Source: Eledone cirrhosa
Lineage: Eukaryota
Length of the DNA: 64,000 nucleotides
Direction of reading: 5' to 3'
Assembly (NCBI GenBank): GCA_964016885.1
Contig: OZ024741.1
Coordinates: 319,114,001 to 319,178,000 of the forward strand
Shown: positions 52,401-64,000 of the stretch, one piece after another
How positions within the stretch are numbered: position 1 is the first letter of the stretch
How the letters are laid out: every line of letters starts with the position of its first letter
Notes under the pieces: generated by a model
What the model was told of the DNA's origin: nothing
The model's database searches: none
Seen by the model: only the letters and a program-made list of their open reading frames with translations
Translations under genes and position numbers: made by a program

Positions 52401-55310
52401 ATGGTCATTCCTCTAATGACAACATGGTCATTCCTCTAATGACAACATGGTCATTCCGCTAATGACAACAAAGCCATTACCCAATGACAACATGGTCATT
52501 CCTCTAATGACAACATGGTCATTCCTCTAATGACAACATGGTCATTCCTCTAATAACAACAAAGCCATTACCCAATGACAACATGGTCATTCCTCTAATG
52601 ACAACATGGTCATTCCTCTAATGACAACATGGTAATTCCGTTAATGACAACATGGTCATTCCTCTAATGACAACATGATCATTCCTCTAATGACAACATG
52701 GTAATTCCACTAATGACAACATGGTCATTCCTCTAATGACAACATGGTCATTCCTCTAATGACAACATGATCATTCCTCTAATGACAACATGGTAATTCC
52801 ACTAATGACAACATGGTCATTCCTCTAATGACAACATGGTCATTCCTCTAATGACAACATGGTCATTCCTCTAATGACAACAAAGCCATTACCCAATGAC
52901 AACATGGTCATTCCTCTAATGACAAAATGGTCATTCCACTAATGGCAACATGGTCATTCCTCTAATGACAACAAAGCCATTACCCAATGACAACATGGTC
53001 ATTTCATTAATGACAACATGGTCATTCCGCTAATGACAACATGGTCATTCCTCTAATGACAACATGGTCATTCCACTAATGGCAACATGGTCATTCCACT
53101 AATGGCAACATGTTCATTCCACTAATGGCAACATGGTCATTCCTCTAATGACAACAAAGCCATTACCCAATGACAACACGGTCATTCCACTAATGACAAC
53201 ATGGTCATTCCACTAATGGCAACATGGTCATTCCTCTAATGACAACAAAGCCATTACCCAATGACAACATGGTCATTTCATTAATGACAACATGGTCATT
53301 CCGCTAATGACAACATGGTCATTCCACTAATGGCAACATGGTCATTCCACTAATGGCAACATGGTCATTCCACTAATGACAACATGGTCATTCCTCTAAT
53401 GACAACAAAGCCATTACCCAATGACAACACGGTCATTCCGCTAATGACAACATGGTCATTCCACTAATGACAACATGGTCATTCCACTAATGGCAACATG
53501 GTCATTCCTCTAATGACAACATGGTCATTCCTCTAATGACAACATGGTCATTCCACTAATGACAACATGGTCATTCCACTAATGACAACATGGTCATTCC
53601 ACTAATGGCAACATGGTCATTCCTCTAATGACAACATGGTAATTCCACTAATGACAACATGGTCATTCCTCTAATGACAACATGGTCATTCCTCTAATGA
53701 CAACATGGTCATTCCGCTAATGACAACAAAGCCATTACCCAATGACAACATGGTCATTCCTCTAATGACAACATGGTCATTCCTCTAATGACAACATGGT
53801 CATTCCTCTAATGACAACATGGTCATTCCTCTAATGACAACAAAGCCATTACCCAATGACAACATGGTAATTCCACTAATGACAACAAAGCCATTACCCA
53901 ATGACAACATGGTCGTTTCATTAATGACAACATGGTAATTCCGCTAATGACAAAATGGTCATTCCACTAATGACAACATGGTCATTCCGCTAATGACAAA
54001 ATGGTCATTCCACTAATGACAACATGGTCATTCCTCTAATGACAACATGGTCATTCCTCTAATGACAACAAAGCCATTACCCAATGACAACATGGTCATT
54101 CCTCTAATGACAAAATGGTCATTCCACTAATGGCAACATGGTCATTCCTCTAATGACAACAAAGCCATTACCCAATGACAACATGGTCATTTCATTAATG
54201 ACAACATGGTCATTTCATTAATGACAACATGGTCATTCCTCTAATGACAACATGGTCATTTCATTAATGACAACATGGTCATTCCGCTAATGACAACATG
54301 GTCATTCCTCTAATGACAACATGGTCATTCCACTAATGGCAACATGGTCATTCCACTAATGGCAACATGGTCATTCCACTAATGGCAACATGTTCATTCC
54401 ACTAATGGCAACATGGTCATTCCTCTAATGACAACAAAGCCATTACCCAATGACAACATGGTCATTTCATTAATGACAACATGGTCATTCCTCTAATGAC
54501 AACATGGTCATTTCATTAATGACAACATGGTCATTCCGCTAATGACAACATGGTCATTCCTCTAATGACAACATGGTCATTCCACTAATGACAACATGGT
54601 CATTCCACTAATGGCAACATGGTCATTCCACTAATGGCAACATGGTCATTCCTCTAATGACAACATGGTCATTCCACTAATGACAACAAAGCCATTACCC
54701 AATGACAACATGGTCATTTCATTAATGACAACATGGTCATTCCGCTAATGACAACATGGTCATTCCACTAATGACAACATGGTCATTCCACTAATGGCAA
54801 CATGGTCATTCCTCTAATGACATCATGGTCATTCCTCTAATGACAACATGGTTATTCCACTAATGGCAACATGGTCATTCCACTAATGGCAACATGGTCA
54901 TTCCTCTAATGGCAACATGGTCATTCCACTAATGACAACATGGTCATTCCTCTAATGACAACATGGTCATTCCTCTAATGACAACATGGTTATTCCACTA
55001 ATGGCAACATGGTCATTCCACTAATGGCAACATGGTCATTCCTCTAATGGCAACATGGTCATTCCACTAATGACAACATGGTCATTCCTCTAATGACAAC
55101 ATGGTCATTCCTCTAATGACAACATGGTTATTCCACTAATGGCAACATGGTCATTCCACTAATGGCAACATGGTCATTCCACTAATGGCAACATGGTCAT
55201 TCCACTAATGACAACATGGTCATTCCTCTAATGACAAAAAAGCCATTACCCAATGACAACATGGTCCTTCATCTAATGACAACATGGTTGTTCTCCAATG
55301 GTAACATGGT
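43480..55310. repeat. 23-bp quasi-palindromic minisatellite, about 500 units, with an interspersed 22-bp variant
   Basis: Unit ATGGTCATTCC(T/A/G)CTAATGACAAC; variant AAAGCCATTACCCAATGACAAC; decays gradually at 43480-43860 and at the right edge. Confidence 0.98.
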
Positions 55311-56012
55311 ATTGTATTCTTTCATTTTTTTTAAAATTTCATTTTGAAAGGTTGCTGAATGTGAAGAATGTGTGGGAGGAAGATGAACTACTCCCTAATT
55401 TACTCCAAAAGAGGGACCAGTCAATGGTTATATATTCAAAGGGCCCATTAAGGATATGATGAAGAGATAAACTGTTAGACCATCAGACAGTGGAAATATC
55501 CAGTGATATGGAACTGAAGTTAGTCATTAACATAGCCAACCAAGTCATCATCATCATCAAACATCCATTTTCTCATGCTAGTATGAGTTAGACGACTTAT
55601 CCTGTTGTAAGCAATGCCAGGTCAGGGGACCATAGCTTGCTCATACAGAACCGATTTTGGCTTGGTTTCTACAGCTGGATGCCCTTCCTAGTGCTAACCT
55701 CATTTACAGTGAGTAATGTGTGATGATATCTTACCCAATGTTATAACAAGGAATCGATATCCAGTAATGGTGGGGATGTTCTGTGTGTGTATTCACTGGT
55801 GTGAATATACTGTGGTATTTATGTCCAGAAGGGATGCTATATAATAAGGCAAACCTCCCTATTTATTAAATAGTGTAATACCAAGCTAACTAGTTGATTA
55901 GATATATAATTGGCTAAAACCCTTTAAGGTGGTGAACCAGTATGGCCACAGTCCGTTGAACGAAGCCAATAAAAAAAAGTAAAAGAATAAAATATTTGTA
56001 GTTATAACTTAC

Positions 56013-56159
56013 AGAGTTATTGGCCTTTACTGCAAGGATGGCACCACTGTTCATTTTTGGTTTAACACAAACATCCATTGCTGACTGGATTTTTCTAGAA
56101 TCCAATCTGGGATGTAGAGGCACTATTAGATGATCCTTGCCTGTTAACTTTACAGGGAT
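56013..56159 (-). CDS. Laminin alpha-like exon (start of LG1)
   Basis: TTTCAG / GTAAGT; IPVKLTGKDHLIVPLHPRLDSRKIQSAMDVCVKPKMNSGAILAVKANNS; phases 0/0. Confidence 0.85.
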
Positions 56160-56996
56160 CTGAAAGAAATAAAATTAGAAAATGTGTGAGTCCCAAATGC
56201 AGGAAATAACTAATAACAATTGATCACTATAGATAATAACTGAGAAAATTGGGTAAAGAGACAAAAATGTGGCCAAAGGCATTTCTGTCTACATTTTTCC
56301 ACCTTAAACCCTTTAGCATTTAAACCAACCGTATCCTGCCAGAATTCTCTCACCTCTTTCTGTTTAAACTGGCTGTAATCAGCCGTTCATAATGATGTTA
56401 AAAGTATTGTTCTCAAAATAAATATCAAAATCTTATAGATTCGATATTATGTGAGGTAAAGCCTTTACCATGAAAATATAATAGTTAATATAGAGTACTG
56501 TAAATGCTAAAGAGTTAAGGCTTATTTACCCAATTTTCTCAATTATTATTTATAGTGATCGACTGTTATTTTCTGTGTTTGAGTTCTCACATTTTCAAAT
56601 TTCAAACACTCACAGCACTTTGGTAATTCATAAGGTGAAATTAAATGAGAAAATATATTTGCTTTTTGAAAAGCTGCTACAATGCAGACAACCTATAAAT
56701 AATAGTCTTACAAGTCAGATAAATTACACCTGGGGATAGAAAAAAAATGGATAGAGTGGACTGCAGGAAACAAACCATGCACCTGCATTATCTATTACAC
56801 CAAAATGTCTCTGGCTCTTTCCCACCATCTTTTAGAAGCCTTAAATAGCAAATTAGAAATGTCTTTACAAAGCTCTGAGCAAATTTGAAATTAAATTTGC
56901 CTTTTACAAAGCTGCCATAGGGGTACTTTACCCAACTTGTTTAACTGTTATTTATAGTAGTAGTTGTGGTAGTTGTAGTAGCAGTAGTAGTAGTAC

Positions 56997-57160
56997 CTTC
57001 ATTGCAGATAACAATGTGCGTGCCAAGTGTATTTTATGTTGGATCTGTGAAATGTTCAGCCGTAACTGTTGCACATTATTGAGAACTGATTTGTGTAAAT
57101 CTTTTGGCAGTTCCTGTAGCGTCTTGTTCATGGTGGTCATCTCCTGCTTACTTTTGGCAA
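56997..57160 (-). CDS. Laminin alpha-like exon (C-terminal end of the coiled coil)
   Basis: TTTTTAG / GTACTA; ...NNVQQLRLNISQIQHKIHLARTLLSAMK then IPVKLTG, comparable to the alpha3/alpha5 junction NI.RIRELI.QAR.AASKV.VPMKFNG as recalled; phases 1/0. Confidence 0.85.
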
Positions 57161-57379
57161 CTAAAAACATATAAATAGATATACATACATGATGCATGTA
57201 CCCTTAAATTAGTTCTCAAGGAAATTCAGTGTGACAAAGCTATCCTTTTGAATCACAGGTACAACTTATTTTTTCCAGTTAAGTGAACTGAAGGAATGTG
57301 AAATAGGACACAATGTGTCAGCATGAATCGAATTCACGACTTTAAGATTGTGAGCTGAGTAACCCAACTACTCAAATTA

Positions 57380-57925
57380 TAAACCATTTCATTACTAAGA
57401 TAGTAACTAAATGATTCTTATACAAAATTATGTTAGAAGATTTTAACATATAGAAAACCTTTCCTGACTATTTTTGTAATAAAATATGTCCTATTTCAAT
57501 TAATCAATGAAGAATTTGAGGGGTTTACTAAAACTATCAATTATTTTATTACTAAGATTGTAACTTAACATATGGTTCTTATATAAAATTATGTTGGAAG
57601 ATTTTAATTTAAATAGAAACCTTTCAAAATTTGGGATGGTTTGTTTCTTGGAACCAGAGCTAGTTTTAACTGAGTTGATAAGAAAAGAGTTAAGGGATTT
57701 GTAATAAAAGGTTCTTATATCAAATTAAAGTGGGATTCGTAACAAAAGGTTCTTATATCAAATTATGTTGGAAGATTTTAATCTAAAATGGGTGGGTTTG
57801 TTTCATAGAACCAGAGCCGGTTTTGGCCAAATTTATCAAATTATGTTGGAATATTTTAACTTAATAGAAACCTTGTTTCATAGAATCAGAGCTGGTTTGG
57901 GCCAGGTTGGTATAAAAAAGTTTTA
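57380..57925. repeat. Degenerate units of an AT-rich interspersed, MITE-like repeat
   Basis: Recurring AAATTATGTTGGAAGATTTTAA and TTTCATAGAACCAGAGC; related pieces at about 15550-15780, 16205-16290, 18460-18910, 32140-32240 and 61617-61805. Confidence 0.55.
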
Positions 57926-57949
57926 AAAATATAAAATATGCTCATTTAC

Positions 57950-59815
57950 CATCAATTTCAATTTGCTTAGTTGTTTTGACAAAAAATTTAATTACGGCCT
58001 CATCATCATCTGCTTTATCTGACTGCCATGTTGCATTTGTTTGACCTCTTTTATGTAATTTCAGTTTTCTTTTCCTTTTCATCTGTCTTCTTCTCCTCCT
58101 AGCATCTCTCTTTCTATTCAAAGAGTTGTTGCTATTCTGACTGTTTCGTAAATCTCTTCTGTAACGTTTCAGTCTTTTAATTTTCAATTTTAATTTATTC
58201 TTTTTTGATTCTTTGCCTTCTTTCGTAGAATTTTTAACATTTCTCTGCAACTGTATATTTGTTACATTATAAACATTCTTACTATTCTTCAACCCAATAT
58301 CTTTTTCTTGCTCCTTTTCATAATTATTTTCATCTTTTTTAAATAATGAAACCATTTCTTCAACATCTTCTACCACACTTTGATCATTTTGAAATTTACT
58401 TTTTTCATTTAGAGTTATATCTTCACTTCCTGCTTCATATTTTCTGCTTTTCTTCAACAGCTCTTCAGATTCTACTAAATTTTCCCAGAAATCTAACCAA
58501 TTTGTTTTCTTTGATGTTTCACTGCCACTCTTCCTCTCACTTTCCCCATCATTCTTGCTTTTAATTTTTTTAATTTTAAAACCCTTGTTCCTTCCATCTT
58601 TGCCCTTGCCAGGTTTCTTCTCATTTCTGTTATCACCTTTTTTCTCATTTCTTTTATCATCTTTTTCCTTGCCAAGTTTCTTATTTTTTTTATCACCCTT
58701 TTCCTTGCCAAGTTTCTTATATTTTTTATCACCCTTTTCCTTGCCAAGTTTTTTATATTTTTTATCACCCTTTTCCTTGCCAAGTTTCTTCCTATTTGTT
58801 TCATCCCCTTTTTCCTTACCACTTTTCTTCTCATTGTTCCTTTCACCTAACATGTTTCTTCTACCACCATTCTCTTTTGGTGTAGCCTTTCCATCATGTT
58901 CAAATCCATTGTATTTATGTCCACTGATTCCATCCCCATTTGTCTGTTCTTGGTTTCCTTTTTCTTGGATTGAATTTTCAAAAGTCATCAAACCTTCCCA
59001 GACATCCAACCAATTTTCTTTCTTTGTCTCATCTCTCCCACTTAACCTGATGGTTTCCTTATCTTTATTTCCTTCTTTCTTCTTTTTCTTTTCCTCCTCC
59101 ACATTTTTATTTTTTGTCATCCATGCCTGCTTGTTCTTCACATTAATTTTCCTCTTTCTTTCTTTCTTTCTTTTCTTTACCTTTCTATCCTCTTCTTCAA
59201 CCACATCACTGTTTCCTCTATTTCTTTGTCCATCTATCTTCTTATTTTGTCTATTTCCAGCTGTTGTATGTTTGTTACTGTGGGAATGTTTATCAGTTTT
59301 CGTCCTCATTCCACTGCTACTCAAACTCTCACCGTCTCCAAGACTTATGTCACTTTCAGATTGATTTTTCATTTTTCTTCTTCCTTTTTCATTCCTGCTC
59401 GTTTCCTTTTTATTTTTCCTTTGAAATATTATTTTATCAATGTCACCATTGGTTACATCATTCTTTGATTTAGATTTTCCATCCAATGCCTCAGGTGTAT
59501 CTCGCTGTCTTTTCTTCTTTTTTTTTAGTACTTTCTTCTTTTCCTTAGCCTTCTTCTCTAGTTCTTTCTTTCTTTCTTCCAGTAGCTTCCTTAGATTGTC
59601 CTCATCTGCAAGAACTTTCTCTGCCAATGCATTCATGGTGTCAACTTTGGTCAGAATCAGATCCAGCTCAGCAGTGGTTTCTTTCAGTTCTGCTAAGTAT
59701 CTAGTTCTGTTAGACAGAAATTCCATAACATGATTTTGGAGGTGACTGGTACTACCTGATAGTTTCTCAGTTCTGGATAGCGACGAGGAAATATGAACCA
59801 AATCAGGTTTCAAAT
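57950..59815 (-). CDS. Laminin alpha-like giant exon: coiled-coil segment plus about 500-aa Lys/Glu-rich insert
   Basis: TTTTCTTCCAG acceptor (59817-59816) and G|GTAAAT donor (57949); one stop-free frame over 1866 bp; phase 1/1, in frame with both neighbouring exons. Confidence 0.8.
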
Positions 59816-59861
59816 CTGGAAGAAAATAGATAGAAAAAACACTTCAAATTATTATTATTAC

Positions 59862-61022
59862 ACTAGCTGAATTACCCGTCATTGCCCAGGTTACTGATGT
59901 TCTTATTCAGAGTAGTAAATAATAAATATGAAGATGTTTTTTTTTTTTCATAATTATTTCAAAATATCTATATTTTATTAAAAAAGTATTAAAATTGTAA
60001 TAATAATAGGATTTAGAAATGAAAATCTGTCAATCTTGAATCCCCTTAGGGTAAACAATATTCATTGTCATTTTTTGTTGGTGTCCAAATGAATAAATTG
60101 TTGCTACACACTCACACTCTCACATATATATACCAAAACACACACACACACAGACATGCATTCACGCAGACACACGCATGGTTTTTCACCTCATTTTTTT
60201 GTCAGTCACTACATATGTATATGTATGTGTAGATGTGTGTGTGTATTTAATAATGTACCTAATGAATGCATACACACACACTCACAGACACATACATATT
60301 CATATACAAAATGTGACATCGTTGTGTTGTTTTCTACTGTTTAATCCAATTGAAAATAAAAATTATCACACATACACACACATACATTCACACACACTCT
60401 CACATACATATACTAAAACAGACACACACAGACATTCATTCACGCACACCTATTACTTGTCTGTGAACACATATGTATCTATATGTGTAGATGTGTTTGT
60501 GTGTGAAGATAATGTGTATGCAACTTACTAAGGCTATATGTATGTGTCGATGTGTGTGTGTTTAATTCTGAGGCCTAACGTTAAAATAAAAATTAGCACA
60601 CATACACTCACACACACATATACTAAGACAGACAAACACAGACAAACATACATTCATGCACACCTATTACTCGTCTGTCAACACATATGTATGTGTAGAT
60701 GTGTGTGTGTTTAATTCTCTGAGGCTTAACATATGTAACAAACTCGCAAATACACACGCACACACTCACAGACACACACATATACAAAATGTGACTTCGT
60801 CGTCATCATGGTATAAAATGTCCTTTACTATTGTTGACTACTATATAAAGATTATTTTAGATAAAATGTTATATTGTTTTAATCGAAATGAAAATAACAA
60901 TTACATGTTGACACTCCTGGGGTCTAATACCTTGTAAAATTTGATTTGATTTGGTGAAGCTGTTGGAGAATACATAGGAACAGACAGACAGAGAGACAAA
61001 GAATTTTATATATATATAGAGA
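59862..61022 (+). mobile_element. Possible non-autonomous Helitron/Helentron-like element with internal CA-rich degenerate repeats
   Basis: 5' ACTAGCTGAATTACCCGTCATTGCCCAGG; 3' (ACAG)n then TTTTATATATATATAGA; internal degenerate units 60100-60800. Confidence 0.45.
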
Positions 61023-62410
61023 TTGAGTTCAAATTCCGCGAAGGTTAACTTTGCCTTTCATCCTTATGGGGGGGGGGGGTCAATAAAATAAAGCACCAGT
61101 AATGCACTGGGGTATTTGCTGGCCTTGTGCCAAAAGTAGAAACTTTATTATTATTCTTAGTCTTTTTTATAAATTTTATTTTACACAAAGAAAAACCCAC
61201 ACTGTATTATCCTGTATTGTCTTTAATGTTTCCTTAATGGCAGCTCTGTGTGGCTAATAAAGAAATCATTATTATTATTATTGAAGATAATAGAAAGGGC
61301 GGTAAATTGACAGTTTTGGTAGAGGATCGGACATGCTTTCCAGCATAGTTACTTCCCTTTACGATTTGATTTCAAATCCCGCCAAGGTTAACTTTGCCTT
61401 TCATCTTTACGAGGTCGATAAAATAAAGTACCAGTAATGCACTGGGTATTTGCTGGCCTTGTGCCAAAAGTAGAAACAATTATTATTATTGGAGATGAGG
61501 GTGCATTTATTGATGAAGTCACAAAAATAATGCTTATGGAAGATTACAGTGATCCTCAGGATATATATAATGTATGGTGGTGGGTGGGACAAAAATGTGG
61601 TGTGTTCTGACACGACTTAACCTTTTTGATACAACTTGTCCAAAACATTTTAAAGGGTTCCTACATACATTAACACTTTGCAACATAATTTTATATAAGA
61701 AGATTTTGTTATGTGACAAATTCCCTCTTACTGAAATTACGATTGTAAATTCTTCCCAAACTCTTCATTAATTAATTAAAATACAAAGTATTTCATTAGG
61801 GTTAACTAGCTGGTTCCCACCTGTGTGGATAGGTAATCATAAATGTTTGTGATATTTTATACCATATCTTGTGGTCTTACACAATATACTTTCTTCACCC
61901 CTTCTCTCTCCCAAATCATCAATTGAAACTCAACATTAAGCCTGTCACCCAACATCTCTGGTGAATTGGCAGTATCGGTAGAGGGTCGGGCGCCATGCTT
62001 TCCAGCATAGTTACGTCCCTTTACGGTCTGAGTTCAAATCTCGTTAAGGTTAACTTTGCCTTTCATCATTACGGGGTCGATAAAATAAAGTACCAGTAAT
62101 GTACTGGGTAATTGCTGGCCTTGTGCCAAAATTAGAAACAATTATATACTTATAATCCTTCTTATCTCCTCTATCCTATTCCAACCCTACAACACCCTCT
62201 CTTCTTTTTCAGCAAAGAGGACTCTTTAGTCGAACCTATGACCAGGAACCTCCCTAGTAGAGTACAAGAACATATATAAATAGAATGTGGACACCAAGCC
62301 CATCTGAATACTTGCCAGAGTACAGAAATATATGTAAGAATGTCTTCTGAAAGCAGTTTGATGATGTAGAGATAGGTACAGGTTAACTGTAAAGAAAAGG
62401 GTTTATCTAC

Positions 62411-62500
62411 CTTGGATGTCTTGGTGGACATCCTTACTACGGCTCTTCATGTTGTCTCTGAAATCAGTGATGTGCTTTAGGTAAGGTCCCAGCAATCTCT
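62411..62500 (-). CDS. Laminin alpha-like exon (coiled coil); most 5' exon found in the window
   Basis: TTTCTACTTGACAG / AAG|GTAGAT; RLLGPYLKHITDFRDNMKSRSKDVHQDIQ(D); phase 1/1, joins the giant exon in frame. Confidence 0.65.
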
Positions 62501-62519
62501 CTGTCAAGTAGAAATTATT

Positions 62520-63690
62520 CTTACAAACTTACACAGACTGTAGTAAATATATATATATATACAAACTTACATGGACTGAGGTAAATATATATACAAACTT
62601 ACATGGACTGAGGTAAATACATATACAAACTTAGATGGACTGAGGTAAATATATATACAAACTTAGATGGACTAAGGTAAATATATATACAAACTTACAT
62701 GGACTGAGGTAAATATATATACAAACTTAGATGGACTGAGGTAAATATATATACAAACTTAGATGGACTAAGGTAAATATATATACAAACTTACATGGAC
62801 TGAGGTAAATATATATACAAACTTAGATGGGGCTGAGGTAAATATATATACAAACTTACATGGACTGAGGTAAATATATATACAAACTTACATGGACTGA
62901 GGTAAATATATATACAAACTTACATGGACTGAGGTAAATATATATACAAACTTACATGGACTGAGGTAAATATATATACAAACTTAGATGGACTGAGGTA
63001 AATATATATACAAACTTACATGGGGCTGAGGTAAATATATATACAAACTTACATGGACTGAGGTAAATATATATACAAACTTAGATGGACTAAGGTAAAT
63101 ATATATACAAACTTACATGGGGCTGAGGTAAATATATATATATATAAATATATACATACTTATATGGGATGAGGTAAATACATATACATACTTACATGGA
63201 CTGAGGTAAATATATATATACATACTTACATGAGCTGAAGTAAATATATATATACAAACTTGCATGGACTGAGGTAGATATATATATATATTTACATGGG
63301 CGGAGGTAAATCCATATATATATATACACATACTTACATGGGCTGAGGTTTTATATATATATACACATACTTACATGGGCTGAGGTAAATATATATATAT
63401 ACAGGCTTACAAGGACTGATGTAAATATATATACAAACTTACATGGACTGAGGTAGATATATATATACATACTTACATGGGCTGAGGTAAATATATATAT
63501 ATACATACTTACATGGCCTGATATAAATATATATACAAACTTACATGGGCTAAAGTAAAAATATATATACATACTTACATGGACTGATGTAAATATATAT
63601 ATATATATATATATATACATACTTACATGGGCTGAAGTAAATATATATACATACTTACATGGACTGATGTAAATATATATACATACTTAT
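62520..63690. repeat. 32-bp minisatellite, homogeneous to about 63130 then degenerate with (TA)n expansions
   Basis: Unit TACAAACTTACATGGACTGAGGTAAATATATA; period 32 (62881 to 62913). Confidence 0.95.
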
Positions 63691-63719
63691 ATATATATAT
63701 ATATATATATATACATACA

Positions 63720-64000
63720 TTTTATTTCTATCAAAATCAAGTGCGCTAAACCTATATTGTTTACATTCTGTGTTTTTCTACGGATGGGCAGAAATAACAA
63801 AATTGCCATGGTGATATCCATGGATGAAGTATGCGACAAAACTGGTCGCTGTTCCAAAATAGAACATTGACCAGAAAATCACATCTGCCATATCTGTACG
63901 GAACCTGAAAACTCGTTCCGTAATCGTTGGGTCGAATGTGAAACCTGTCGCATCTCTGCCTGCCTTCAATGCGCCACAGGCTTCCGGAAGATCCTAGGCC
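63720..64000 (+). mobile_element. Probable 5' end of a retroelement encoding a PHD-like finger (runs off the window)
   Basis: Frame from ATG 63808 reads MVISMDEVCDKTGRCSKIEH*PENHICHICTEPENSFRNRWVECETCRISACLQCATG; starts after (TA)n. Confidence 0.45.

Noticed and set aside
43480-55310. CRISPR array or repeat-protein gene (ORFs 46233-46439 and 46252-46461)
   Set aside because: No spacers; the ORFs arise only where 23+22-bp units alternate (45 bp) and have no splice support.
58346-59733. Plus-strand Phe/Leu/Ser-rich ORFs
   Set aside because: Antisense shadows of the Lys/Glu-rich exon.
60156-63620. Short ORFs in (CA)n/(TA)n-rich DNA (also 543-1095)
   Set aside because: Microsatellite translations with no domain features.

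Overview
AT-rich, repeat-dense animal genomic DNA. The repeat complement and microsatellites suggest a coleoid cephalopod such as Octopus, which is an inference. Two convergent intron-containing genes are present. On +, the last two coding exons of CFAP43 (352-505, 4475-4629). On -, at least 15 exons (62500 down to 10996) that splice in frame with GT-AG boundaries into about 1245 codons of a divergent laminin alpha-like chain. This chain has a 1866-bp exon inserting about 500 aa of Lys/Glu-rich sequence into the end of the coiled coil, with 12-aa repeats, a duplicated Trp motif and furin-type sites. It stops right after LG3, with no LG4-5 visible. Its introns hold three large minisatellites (56 bp, about 7.6 kb; quasi-palindromic 23 bp, about 11.8 kb; 32 bp with splice-site-like motifs). 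The window also has RTE LINEs with a PHD-like finger inside the RT, Penelope-like elements with hammerhead ribozyme motifs, an R4/Dong fragment, SINEs and TTAA-flanked MITEs. No CRISPR array, rRNA or true tRNA gene was seen. All exon calls and alignments were made by hand.
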